A stretch of 63,261 bases of DNA, counting the filler, from Octopus bimaculoides (Eukaryota), in assembly GCF_001194135.2 (NCBI RefSeq). It is 4 parts of 4 records of this genome, joined end to end, with 100 filler letters (N's around TTAATTAATTAA, not from the genome) between each part and the next. Parts side by side here need not be neighbours in the genome. Positions count along the whole stretch, not along the records: positions 28,992 to 59,451 come from NC_068988.1; 3 more parts are not named here. One strand, 5' to 3'. The first letter of the stretch is position 1, and each line of letters starts with the position of its first letter. The position numbers and the translations under genes were made by a program. Below the pieces are notes generated by a model. The model made no database searches, was not told where the DNA came from, and saw only the letters and a list, made by a program, of their open reading frames with translations. Positions 28,892-40,530 of this stretch are shown here, in pieces.

Positions 28892-28991
28892 NNNNNNNNN
28901 NNNNNNNNNNNNNNNNNNNNNNNNNNNNNNNNNNNTTAATTAATTAANNNNNNNNNNNNNNNNNNNNNNNNNNNNNNNNNNNNNNNNNNNN
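28892..28991. other. Artificial scaffold/contig join spacer
   Basis: 44 N + TTAATTAATTAA (28936-28947) + 44 N. Confidence 0.95.
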
Positions 28992-29145
28992 ATATATGTA
29001 TATATATGTGTGTGTGTGCATGAATGAATGTATGACTGTATGTGTGTGTGTGTGTACACATGTATGCATGTGTTTATGGGTTTATATTCAAACGTATTTT
29101 TGTTAATCTATTGATGAGAAAAAAACTACTGAATATAGAAATAAT

Positions 29146-29400
29146 CATCATCATCATCATCATTTAACGTCCGCTTTCCATGCTGGCATGGGTTGGACGG
29201 TTTGACTGAGAGCTGGCAAGCCAGGAGGCTGCACCAGGCTCCAGTCTGATCTGGCAAGGTTTCTACAGCTGGATGCCCTTCCTAATGCCAACCATTCCGA
29301 GAGTGCAGTGGGTACATTGTATGTGCCACTGGTACAGGGACCAGTAAGGCGGCACTGGCATCGACCATGCTCAAATGGTGCTTTTTATGTGCCACTGGTG
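29146..29400 (-). mobile_element. SINE family B with RTE-like 3' tail ending in (GAT)n
   Basis: catcatcat...tttaacgtccgctttccatgc...ggatgcccttcctaatgccaacc recurs in 7 places in the window. Confidence 0.88.
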
Positions 29401-29442
29401 AATCATCCACAGTTACCACTCTGAGTTTCATGAGTAACTGGA

Positions 29443-29476
<34 letters not shown>

Positions 29477-29505
29477 ATACATGCATACATAAATACATGC
29501 ATATA

Positions 29506-29710
29506 CACGGGGTGCTGAAAAGTTCCTGGCTTTTGGTAAAAGGAAGATTAGTCAATTATTTTATTCAATATATTCCCATCTGAGATTCACACACTTATTG
29601 CAGTGCTCCTTCTGTTTTTGTAAGCCCTGGAAAAGAACTTGGAAGCTAAGGACTCCAACCAGGCCTTTCACAGTACCCTTGAAATCAGGAACTTATAACA
29701 CCACTTCATG
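29506..29710. mobile_element. Mariner-type MITE (~205 bp, TA-flanked)
   Basis: TA|cacggggtgctgaaaagttcctg ... caggaacttataacaccacttcatg|TA imperfect TIR; second copy at 30341. Confidence 0.7.
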
Positions 29711-29713
29711 TAT

Positions 29714-30282
29714 ACTCTTTACTCTTTTACTCTTTTACTTGTTTCAGTCATTTGACTGCGGCCATGCTGGAGCACCGCCTTTAGTCGAGCAAATCGACCC
29801 CAGGACTTATTCTTTGTAAGCCCAGTACTTATTCTATTGGTTTCTTTTGCTGAACTGCTAAGTTACGGGGATGTAAACACATCAGCATCGGTTGTCAAGC
29901 GATGTTGGGGAGACAAACACAAACACACAAACATATACGCACACACACATACATNNNNNNNNNNNNNNNNNNNNNNNNNNNNNNNNNNNNNNNNNNNNNN
30001 NNNNNNNNNNNNNNNNNNNNNNNNNNNNNNNNNNNNNNNNNNNNNNNNNNNNNNNNNNNNNNNNNNNNNNNNATATATATATATATATATATATATACAA
30101 CGGGCTTCTTTTCTGTTTTCCATCTACCAAATCCACTCACAAGGCTTTGGTCGGCCCAAAGATATAGTAGAAGACACTTGCTCAAGGTGCCACACAGTGG
30201 GACTGAACCCGGAACCATGTGGTTGGTAAGCAAGCTACTTACCACACAACTACCCCTGTGCCTATAGCAACTCCTGCGCCTA
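29714..30282 (-). mobile_element. SINE family A, full length, with internal microsatellite and gap
   Basis: Minus strand tRNA-like head (GTGTGGTAAG..., GGTTCAGTCC), CCTTGAGCAAGTG core, tail ...gactgaaacaagtaaaagagt. Confidence 0.92.
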
Positions 30283-30296
30283 TATATATATGTGTA

Positions 30297-30327
<31 letters not shown>

Positions 30328-30340
30328 TTATATACACATA

Positions 30341-30557
30341 TGTGGGAGTGCTGAATAGTTCCTGGTTTTGGGTAAAAGAAAATGGAGGAGGATCAGTTAA
30401 TTATGATTTTATCCAACATGACCCCTTCTCAGATTCTCACACTTATTGCAGTTGCCCTTCAGTTGTTCTAAGCCCTGTAAAAGAACTCAGAAGGTAGGGC
30501 CTCCTGCCTGGCCTTTCAAAATACCCTTAAAGCCAGTAACGTTTCAACACCCACTTG
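30341..30557. mobile_element. Mariner-type MITE, second copy
   Basis: TA|tgtgggagtgctgaatagttcctgg ... ccagtaacgtttcaacacccacttg|TA; interior aligns to 29506-29710. Confidence 0.7.
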
Positions 30558-30929
30558 TATATATACATACATGCGTTGCCCCATTGTTTGTAGATAATCA
30601 TGAATTTTAACAGCTGCAAAGTTCTTCTGTGAGGCCCAGGATTGTTTAATGTTTCACAAAGCCATTAACGTTTTGCAAAAGAAAGGCAATGCTGACAAAT
30701 TTTAGCACTGTCGTTTTCACAGTTTACATTTGAATATAAAGAACCGGAACATTCTGGTGGTTCCGTTTAGCCATCAATCAGAATTGATGATTTCTTTCTA
30801 TTGATCCTTAAAATTATGAAAGGCAGAGTTGGACTTGATGGGATTTGATCTCGCAACAAAGAGAGTTAGAACAAATATTATGAGGCTGTCTGTGTGTTGC
30901 CCTAACAACTCTGCCATTTCACCATAGAT

Positions 30930-31385
30930 ACATGCAATCCCACACACACCATACCTTGCATATACGCACACAACACACATGCATCACACACAACAAACAC
31001 ACACACAAACACCTTACTCATGTGTTTAATGCAGACACATTCAATGCAACACACGCATACAACACACACACAACACACTTTCAACACAACTCGCACATGC
31101 AGCACAACACGTGCATACAGCACACCCATTCAACACAACACACACATACAGCACAATACATAGACATCCAACACAGCACAATACACATTCAATACACATT
31201 CAACACATACAACACAACACAGACATTCAATGCAACATGCATTCAACACAACACATACAACACAACACATGCATTCAACACATACACAAACAGCACACAC
31301 AACAGAAACCACAACACAACACACAAAACACACACGCTACAACACAACACAACACAACACACCTCACCTTACACAGACACACAAC
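30930..31385. repeat. Degenerate CA-rich cryptic satellite
   Basis: Recurrent cattcaa(c/t), caacacaacac and catacaacac motifs. Confidence 0.8.
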
Positions 31386-32236
31386 CAACCATTTTTTATA
31401 TACTTGAATACATTATTAAGCACATAACATCTCTTAAGCAGAAGGCCGAGAGGTAGGGGGGGGGCTGGTATTTGGGCTGATGAGAAATTTCTGTTGCTTT
31501 TGCTGTTGTTGTTGTTGTTGTTGTTGTTATTGCTGCTGCTGCTGCTGCTGCTAATGTTAATATTGTGCTGCTGATGATGCTGTTGTTGTCACATTAGTGT
31601 TTAACCTCTGAGGGCATAAAAATTCCCTGCATTCATGCCATAGATAAATTAGTGACACAGGACATTTATTAATGTTTAAGTGGGTGGTATTTGGTGGTGG
31701 TGGTGGTGAGGTTCCTTAGAGCTGCAGCTGGAATGCGTGAGGTAGGTGGCTGCTACCATCTTGCATAGCATGTCCCTAAGGTCACGCAGCTGGTGACCTT
31801 TGTATTATTTAATGGAGCTCTGAGGGGAGAAGTTAGTAGGAGTAAAAGAAAGACACAGGGTTTGGAGAGAAGGAGAGNNNNNNNNNNGACACAGGACATT
31901 TATTAATGTTTAAGTGGGTGGTATTTGGTGGTGGTGGTGGCGGTGGTGGTGGTGGTGGTGAGGTTCCTTAGAGCTGCAGCTGGAATGCGTGAGGTAGGTG
32001 GCTGCTACCATCTTGCATAGCATGTCCCTAAGGTCACGCAGCTGGTGACCTTTGTATTATTTAATGGAGCTCTGAGGGGAGAAGTTAGTAGGAGTAAAAG
32101 AAAGACACAGGGTTTGGAGAGAAGGAGAGAAAGAGGACAAATGATTGAGAGAGAGAGAGAGAGAGAGAGGGCTGAGGAAAAGATAGAGAATGTGCATGAG
32201 AGAGATGGAGGAAGTAGAGATGGTATGGATGGAGAA

Positions 32237-32271
<35 letters not shown>

Positions 32272-32402
32272 ACAGACAGATAATCACAGAGGGAGATAAT
32301 CAGACAGATAGATAATTAGACAGGAAGTCAGGTGGGTAGGTACTTAGCTTGATAGCTAGAAGTTTAGTTGGAAAGAGAAAGACATGAAATTATTGTGAAC
32401 AC

Positions 32403-32433
<31 letters not shown>

Positions 32434-33300
32434 NNNNNNNNNNNNNNNNNNNNNNNNNNNNNNNNNNNNNNNNNNNNNNNNNNNNNNNNNNNNNNNNNNN
32501 NNNNNNNNNNNNNNNNNNNNNNNNNNNNNNNNNNNNNNNNNNNNNNNNNNNNNNNNNNNNNNNNNNNNNNNNNNNNNNNNNNNNNNNNNNNNNNNNNNNN
32601 NNNNNNNNNNNNNNNNNNNNNNNNNNNNNNNNNNNNNNNNNNNNNNNNNNNNNNNNNNNNNNNNNNNNNNNNNNNNNNNNNNNNNNNNNNNNNNNNNNNN
32701 NNNNNNNNNNNNNNNNNNNNNNNNNNNNNNNNNNNNNNNNNNNNNNNNNNNNNNNNNNNNNNNNNNNNNNNNNNNNNNNNNNNNNNNNNNNNNNNNNNNN
32801 NNNNNNNNNNNNNNNNNNNNNNNNNNNNNNNNNNNNNNNNNNNNNNNNNNNNNNNNNNNNNNNNNNNNNNNNNNNNNNNNNNNNNNNNNNNNNNNNNNNN
32901 NNNNNNNNNNNNNNNNNNNNNNNNNNNNNNNNNNNNNNNNNNNNNNNNNNNNNNNNNNNNNNNNNNNNNNNNNNNNNNNNNNNNNNNNNNNNNNNNNNNN
33001 NNNNNNNNNNNNNNNNNNNNNNNNNNNNNNNNNNNNNNNNNNNNNNNNNNNNNNNNNNNNNNNNNNNNNNNNNNNNNNNNNNNNNNNNNNNNNNNNNNNN
33101 NNNNNNNNNNNNNNNNNNNNNNNNNNNNNNNNNNNNNNNNNNNNNNNNNNNNNNNNNNNNNNNNNNNNNNNNNNNNNNNNNNNNNNNNNNNNNNNNNNNN
33201 NNNNNNNNNNNNNNNNNNNNNNNNNNNNNNNNNNNNNNNNNNNNNNNNNNNNNNNNNNNNNNNNNNNNNNNNNNNNNNNNNNNNNNNNNNNNNNNNNNNN

Positions 33301-33352
<52 letters not shown>

Positions 33353-34296
33353 TGTATATATATATACACATACATATGTGTTCACAATAATGGCAACAGG
33401 AAGAGCAATCCAACTGTAGAAAATTTATCTCAATAAATTTCATTTGACATAAGCAAGCAAGGTGAAATAATGAAATGATGATGATGATGGTGGTGGTGGT
33501 GATGGAGGGGGGAAGGATGAGGAAGAGGTGGAGGTGTCTCACTGGATATATATATTTTTTTACCACAACTTGCGTAGACTGAACCCAGATTACCATATTA
33601 TAATCTAGGATTAATCTATTGAACATTGCCCTTCTTTTTTATTATGATGGTTGCATGTGTTTGAGTTGAGAGAGATTTCGAGCTGCTATTTCTAGCAGAT
33701 TGAGTGATATGTAGAGGCTGTCTCATTCACTGGTGCATGCAGATGTATGTAGAAACCTATTAGTTAAATATCGAATTTTCATTGAATAATTTTCTTCCTA
33801 TAATAGCCTCGTTTTTTTTTTCCCTCCTTTTACCGACACAGCTTAAAAGTCAGCATGTAGACATTCTTTGAGGAAAAGAAAAAAAAATCAATAAGAATAC
33901 CATTTATTGACATAAAATCTAACAACAAAGAAAGAACTGACATCTCAAAAATAAATGGTCCAACACTCTAAAAACAAAAAGAAAGAAAATAAATATTTGC
34001 ATACAATTTAGAAATTCTGTTCACTCACCTATTCCTCCATTTTGGCTGGAACTAAAATCTGTTGCTGATGTTGTTGAGCTTTGAATCAATCCTGATCAAG
34101 CAAATCTAGTGGTCAAAGACATTCCAACTGTGACCTTTTTGCATTTTTTCCATTTTTCAGTTTTAGTGTATAAGAACAACATTGATGTTTTTGTTTTTTT
34201 TTCCCTTCTGTGGTTGCTAATTTTAGCATGTCAAAGAACCCAGTAGTTGCTTCAAGCTTCTATTTGGTTTAGTGGTGGTGGTGGTGGTGTGTGTTT

Positions 34297-34333
<37 letters not shown>

Positions 34334-34392
34334 AAAAGCACTCGGTCCACTCTGTGAGGGTGGCTGATGTTAAGAAGAGCATCCAGCCACAT

Positions 34393-34452
34393 ACTCGGAA
34401 TCTTGGGGTTAGTAGCCCCAAGATTCCGAGTTTGATTCCAGGCAGTGACCTC

Positions 34453-34484
<32 letters not shown>

Positions 34485-34640
34485 TAATAACAACATGGAA
34501 AAATACCTTAAGAATGAGAACCCAGGTTCGAAATTTCCCCATGTCACCTGATGAAGGCTGGAGAATATGTCAGCCGAAACGTTGTGTTAACAACAAACAA
34601 GATGAGGACAAATATCTGTCAAATGTAAATAATGTAAATG
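34393..34640 (+). mobile_element. Short retroposon-like element: B-box-like head + (AAT)n + minimal hammerhead + 3' tail
   Basis: GTTTGATTCC at 34430-34439; (AAT)n ~34453-34490; hammerhead core 34548-34583; the 3' part recurs at 39826-39950. Confidence 0.7.
34545..34588 (+). ncRNA. Minimal type I hammerhead-ribozyme motif (PLE type)
   Basis: CAC-CTGATGA-A-GGCTG(loop)CAGCC-GAAACGTT-GTG: core, stem II, palindromic AACGTT stem III and stem I all in order. Confidence 0.72.
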
Positions 34641-34684
34641 ATACACAGAGATATATTGTGGCTTCTCTAAGCTTTTTGAGTGTC

Positions 34685-34950
34685 TTAATGTACCAGAAAA
34701 TCATGGAGAAGGATATCCTTGTCACCCACCAAAAAACAGTCACCGTAACTTTCTGTGCTTATTGCTGGCTCTTGAACTTTTTAGGTCTAAGAGGGGAGTC
34801 GTGATGCCAAACCTTAGTCATAGCCTTTATTTCTGGATCAAAAAATTCCATTTCTGTTTCATCACTGTCACCAGAATCGGAAAAAAAAGAAAAAAAAGCA
34901 CATCTTCATTGGCCTCAAAATGCTTCCAGTGGATCAGAACCGACTTCCAT
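34685..34950 (-). mobile_element. Mariner transposase relic around the first catalytic D
   Basis: Minus strand KHFEANEDVLF...SDETEMEFFDPEIKAMTKVWHHDSPLRPKKFKSQQ*AQKVTVTVFW resembles the mariner TGDETW..F.DPE.K..S..W...SP.PKKFK...SA.KVM.TVFW segment. Confidence 0.8.
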
Positions 34951-34991
34951 CATTCTCTTCTTCCATCATTCTATACTTCACAAATCAGCCT

Positions 34992-35292
34992 CAGGACTTG
35001 TTCTTTGTATACCTAGTACTTATTCTACTGGTCTCTAAGCAATTGGGACTTAAAGGCACCAGCATTGTTTGTCAAGTGATCTCAGGAGGACAAACACAGA
35101 CACACAAACGTATACACACACATACATATATACATATATATACCATGGGCTTCTTTTAGTTTCTGTCTACCAAATCCACTCACAAGGCTTTAGTTGGCCC
35201 AAGGCTATAGTAGAAGACACTTGCTCAAGGTGCCACACAGTGGGACTGAACCTGGAACCATGTGGTTGGTAAGCAAGCTTCTAACCACACAA
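34992..35292 (-). mobile_element. SINE family A, degenerate
   Basis: Matches 29714-30282. Confidence 0.85.
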
Positions 35293-35359
35293 AGAGGGTA
35301 CTCTTTAAATATACTTTCTGACTCTCAGAGTCTTCCACAATACACCGTAAACCTTTGTG

Positions 35360-35688
35360 ACTTACTGGCACTCCGTCGATTACAACAGTGAAAGTTCCAG
35401 TTGATCCGATCAACGGAACAGCCTACTTATGAAATTAACATGCAAATGGCTGAGCATTCCACCAACACACAAACCTTTTACATAGTTCTTAAGGAAATTC
35501 AGCATAACATGGAATGTGATAAGGCTGGCCCCTTTAAATTACAGGTGCAACTCACTTTTGCCAGGTGAGTAGACTGGAGCAACATGAAATAAAGTGTCTT
35601 GCTCAAGGGCATAATGTGCTGCCAAGAATTGAACTCATGACCTTGATTGAGAGCCAAATGCCCTAACCACTAAGCCACTTGCCTTCAC
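35360..35688 (-). mobile_element. SINE family E
   Basis: Matches 20248-20537. Confidence 0.85.
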
Positions 35689-36090
35689 CAAAGCATTGTG
35701 ACTGCAACCCAGATGTGCAGCAAACTCACAGATTGTGACTCAACTGTTCATGCAAATCATTTTGTCCACTCACTGGTGATTTTTGTGAGTGGTTGTACTT
35801 AATGGTTGCCCCCCCCCCCCCAACACCCTGTGGCGTTCATCTTCAACACCTGTCAACAACCTGTAAGCTTTTATTGCTGCCTGACAGCCTGTACCCCACC
35901 TTCATTTTAGAACTCCTGTGATGTCATGTTGCTTCTGCATGGAACCATCGTTATATGTCAGGTGTTGCACGAAGAAGACTTGCTAACAGAGGATGAGTAC
36001 TTATTCTGCAAGTCTGTGCAATGTGAACCAAACTGTCAGTTAACAAAATAATTATCCTTACTTTTGCATTACTTTCAGCCCATGTGTATA

Positions 36091-36134
<44 letters not shown>

Positions 36135-36713
36135 AGTGTATGTATATGTATTGTGTGTATACTTACATATATATTTGTGTATGTGTGTGTATAGCTTTTC
36201 ATAATATAAATCAGTGAAGGATATAAAAATCATTGACAACTTAACCTGTCCCACCTCCACTTCCTTCACATACCCTCCCATAAAGAAAAAAGAAACCTAA
36301 AAAAACCATGCTTTAGAAATGATAACTTTTGATATGTTTGTTCAGCATCAAGTTACAGACACATGCTTGTCACTGTCAGAAATACAGTGAGTGATTGGTC
36401 TGTTGTAAACCACTGAATGATGTTTACATTTAGAATGTAAATATAGAAGCATTAAAGAATATGTAAATAAGTTTTTTATTAACAATGTATCTCAAAAGCA
36501 AATTCGGCTATAAATAGTTATTCGTAATACATTGCTAGGTGAATGCTTCTAATTTGGATGGTTGAAAATCAGAAGGTTACTCTGGTGTAATTGGTGCCAT
36601 GTTTATATAGGTTTCAAAATGGGCACAATGAAGAACACTGGATTAAAATATTAAAACATGCAGTCAAATTACTGAAACAAGTAAAAGAGTAAAAGAGTAT
36701 TATTAGTTAATTA

Positions 36714-36910
36714 AGGCTGTGAGCTGGCTGAATCATTAGCACATGGAGCAAAATGCTTAGCGGCATTTTATCTGTCTTTACATTCAGTGTTCAAATTCTG
36801 CTGAGGTAGACTCATCCGTTGGGGTTGATAAAATGAGCACCAGTTGAGCACTGGGGTTTATCTAATTGATTAGCTCCCTCCCTCAAAACTACCAGCCTTG
36901 TGTCAGAAAC
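36714..36910 (+). mobile_element. SINE family C, degenerate
   Basis: gagctggctgaatcattagc...gttcaaattctgc...ccagttgagcactgggg. Confidence 0.75.
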
Positions 36911-36949
36911 TAATAATGGTGCATTCTGTTCACCAATTTTAATATTAGA

Positions 36950-37396
36950 TCATCATCATCATTGTTTAACGTCCGCTTTCCATGCTAGCATGGGTTGGAC
37001 GATTTGACTGAGAACTGATGAAACCGGATGGCAACACCAGCTTCCAATCTGATTTTGCAGAGTTTCTACAGCTGGATGCCCTTCCTAATGCCAACCACTC
37101 AGAGAGTGTAGTGGGTGCTTTTACGTGTCACCCGCATGAAGGCCAGTCAGGCGGTACTGGCAACGGCCACGCTCAAAATGGTGTATTTTATGTGCCACCA
37201 GCACAAGAGCCAGTCCAGGGGCACTGGCAACGATCTCGCTCAAAAATCTTACGACGGCCAGTCAGGTGGTACTGGCAACGGCCACGCTCAAACTGGTGTA
37301 TTTTATGTGTCACCCGCACAAGAGCCAGTCCAGGGGCACTGGCAATGATCTCGCTCGAAAATCCTATGAAGGGCCAGTCAGGCGATACTGGCAACG
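36950..37396 (-). mobile_element. SINE family B with expanded internal tandem array
   Basis: RTE-like tail plus about 2.2 copies of a ~116-bp unit (37141-37396). Confidence 0.9.
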
Positions 37397-39121
37397 AAAA
37401 AAAAAAAAAAAGGTAATAATGGAGACATTGTCATTTCATGTCCCCTTTTCAAGCTTGTATGGCTCAGATTGAAATTTGTTGAGGCAGATCTTTTACAGCT
37501 GGGTGCTCTCCCTATTGTCAACCATAATATATTTCCAGCTAAAGTAATTATTTCACCATGGGCAGGCATGTTTTCTATGGAAGACTGGAAACAAACAACC
37601 TCACTTGTATGATGAAGATGCTCGTTTATGACCATCATGTGCTGTCAAGACAAGGATACACTCAACCACACACACACGGTCACAAGTACATACACACAAT
37701 GGGCCTCATTCAGTTTCTGTCTATCAAATCCATTGAGAAGGCTTCAGTCTATCTGGAGCTATTATGAAAGGCACTGGGCTAAGGGACTGAACCTAAGTCC
37801 ACATGGTTGGGAAGCAACCTTAACCACACAGCCATCTCCTTCTCTCCCTCTATCTCTCCTCTTTCCCCCTCCTTCACCCCCTCTCTTCCTCTCTTCCCCT
37901 CTCTTCCTCTCTTCCCCTCTCTCCACACATGCACAAACACACACACATATATATACATATATATAACCTTCTCTCACACAATGAACTTCTTTCTCTTTTT
38001 GTCTCCCTAATCCACTCACAAGGCTTTTGATTGGCCTGGGGCTATAACTGTAAAATAAAATTAAATTAAAAAAAAGGAAATTTTAAAATCACAATTGATT
38101 CTGTGATTAAGCTATTCTACTCACCTACCCCATACAAATATCAAAAACAAAAATATATCTTAAACAGTTTAAAAATACAAAGCATTGGAAACTAAAACCA
38201 AAATAAAACAAACAAAAAACACCCAAAACAGACCAGCATTTTCTTGTAACAAGTTTACATGTTCAATTTAAACTCCAAACCTTAAGTGCACTTCAATGAA
38301 ATCTTTCTTATTGGGCTACTTTCTCACTGCACTTAAATCTTTGTTATTTTATCCCTAAGGAGCCAGCTAACATTTCAGCCGATTATATTTAATTCATTCT
38401 TTATTGTCTTAATGTCAAAACTGCTTTCTAATCTTAATTTTTTTTGACTCCCTAGTGAATGGTCGTGCCAAGGTGTTGTTGAATTTGGAAATATTCCAAA
38501 TTAGGGGACATTATGAATTTTTTTCTTGTTTTATTTTATTTTATTTTTCTTTCAATAAAAAATGATTGACAGTGACAATAAGTTGAAAGTTCAGTTGTAC
38601 TTTTAAAAAATTACAAAGGACCATTTTGGGGTCAGGCAGTGATGAACTATTGACAGNNNNNNNNNNNNNNNNNNNNNNNNNNNNNNNNNNNNNNNNNNNN
38701 NNNNNNNNNNNNNNNNNNNNNNNNNNNNNNNNNNNNNNNNNNNNNNNNNNNNNNNNNNNNNNNNNNNNNNNNNNNNNNNNNNNNNNNNNNNNNNNNNNNN
38801 NNNNNNNNNNNNNNNNNNNNNNNNNNNNNNNNNNNNNNNNNNNNNNNNNNNNNNNNNNNNNNNNNNNNNNNNNNNNNNNNNNNNNNNNNNNNNNNNNNNN
38901 NNNNNNNNNNNNNNNNNNNNNNNNNNNNNNTTTTCTCTCCTGAGAAATCCTCATATTCTACATCTTTATGAAGCCCTATGTAAAAATTATTATATATAAA
39001 TATTTTTAATTTTGTTAGAGATTAAATAAAGGATAAAACTGTCTAAGAATGTGTTTGGTATGGCAATACTAGATCTATTTGATGCCACAAAGAAGCAAAC
39101 TTTTTGATCAGTTCAAATATC

Positions 39122-39555
39122 TTCATCATCATCATCATCGTTTAATCTCTGCTTTCCATGCTAGCATGGGTTGGACGATTTGACTGAGGACTGGTGAACC
39201 AGATGGCTACACAAGGCCCCAATCTGATTTGGCAGAATTTCTACAGCTGGATGCCCTTTCAAACACCAACCACTCCGAGAGTGTAGTGGGTGCTTTTACG
39301 TGCCACTGGCACGAGGGCCAGTCGGGCAGTACTAGCAATGGCCATGCTTAAAATGGTGTATTTCATGTGCCACCTGCACAGGAGCCAGTCCAGCAGCACT
39401 GGCAACGACCTCGCTCGAATATTTTTTCACGTGCCAAGAAGGCGACGCTGGTAACAATCATGCTCAAATGGTGCTATTTACGTGCCACTGGCACGGAAGC
39501 CAGACAGCTGCTCTGGCAACGATCACACTCGGACGGTGCTCTTAGCGCTCAACCC
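39122..39555 (-). mobile_element. SINE family B
   Basis: Matches 36950-37396. Confidence 0.88.
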
Positions 39556-39847
39556 ATATATAGGCTGTTTTCACTGCAGTTTGCCATGGAGAAAAATTCT
39601 TGCTTTAGGCAAAAGGTACAAGACACAGTCATTTCAGAACAACTCCTGTGCACAAATATGTCCCAAACATATTTGAAATGATCATAAAGTTTATTTCATA
39701 ATACTGCTTCATATGCCACAAAGATGATTTAAGAATTTTCATCGTGACCAAATCCTCTTTCAATTCTCATGGTTTCCTTACCTTGGGGAATAACTTGTGT
39801 GTCATCCTCATCATTATTAACCCTTTAAAGTTCGAAATTTCCCCAAT

Positions 39848-39892
39848 ACACCTGAAGAAGGTTGGAGGGTATATCAGCCGAAACGTTGTGTT
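39848..39892 (+). ncRNA. Minimal hammerhead motif, second copy of the 34545 family
   Basis: ACAC-CTGAAGA-A-GGTTG(loop)CAGCC-GAAACGTT-GTGT. Confidence 0.7.
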
Positions 39893-40169
39893 AGCAACAA
39901 ACAAGATGAGGAGAAATATCAGTCGAATGTAAATAATGTAAATAATGTACAGAATTCCTCATCTCTTAAATATAGAACTGAACTGGTGTCATGTTTACAC
40001 AGAAATTTGGAAATGAAGGACATTATTTGTATGTCAGTAATGCTTATTTACAACAAGTTCACAAAAACAAGGACGTATTAACACACACTTTAAAAAATTT
40101 TCTTTTTATATCTAGTTTCAGCTCACGAGCTGAGGCCATGCTGGGGCACCACCATTTGGTGTTGCTGCA

Positions 40170-40530
40170 TAACTTTACTTCATGAATGCTTTTTAGGAAT
40201 TGACATTTGGTGCACGAGGGAGTTTGATGCTGCTGCCATCATCTGCACCTCCTGCTGCGAAGTCGGTTCATCTGGGACACTTGACAGTAAGAGGTCCAGT
40301 TTTATTTTGAAGACACCTCCCCCCCCCCATGCAGGTCTTTCATGTCCTTTGGGAGGATATTGAAGCTGTGGACCTCTGAAGCCCAGGCTATTACAGTTTC
40401 TTGTCCTACATCTGGATGGCAAATTTGGAGTCCTTGGCACTATGCAGTGGCGCCCAGTTCTAGTATTTGTGTAACTCTCGATGCCAAAGTTTGGGACAAG
40501 TCCTTCCAGGATTTTCCAGACTGACCACCA
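40170..40530 (-). mobile_element. CR1/L2-group LINE ORF2 3' end relic
   Basis: WKILEGLVPNFGIESY...NSLGFRGPQL/FNILPKDMKDL...FKIKLDLLLSSVPDEP; the FN.LP and FK..LD..L motifs are typical of CR1/L2-group C-termini. Confidence 0.75.

Noticed and set aside
34040-34103. Minus-strand exon-like segment ending in GTGAGT (LIQSSTTSATDFSSSQNGGI)
   Set aside because: Lies in the caacaac tail of a family G-like repeat; weak acceptor.
37141-37396. Regularly spaced short repeats, superficially CRISPR-like
   Set aside because: The intervening sequences are themselves repeated, the array is inside a eukaryotic SINE, and there are no cas genes.
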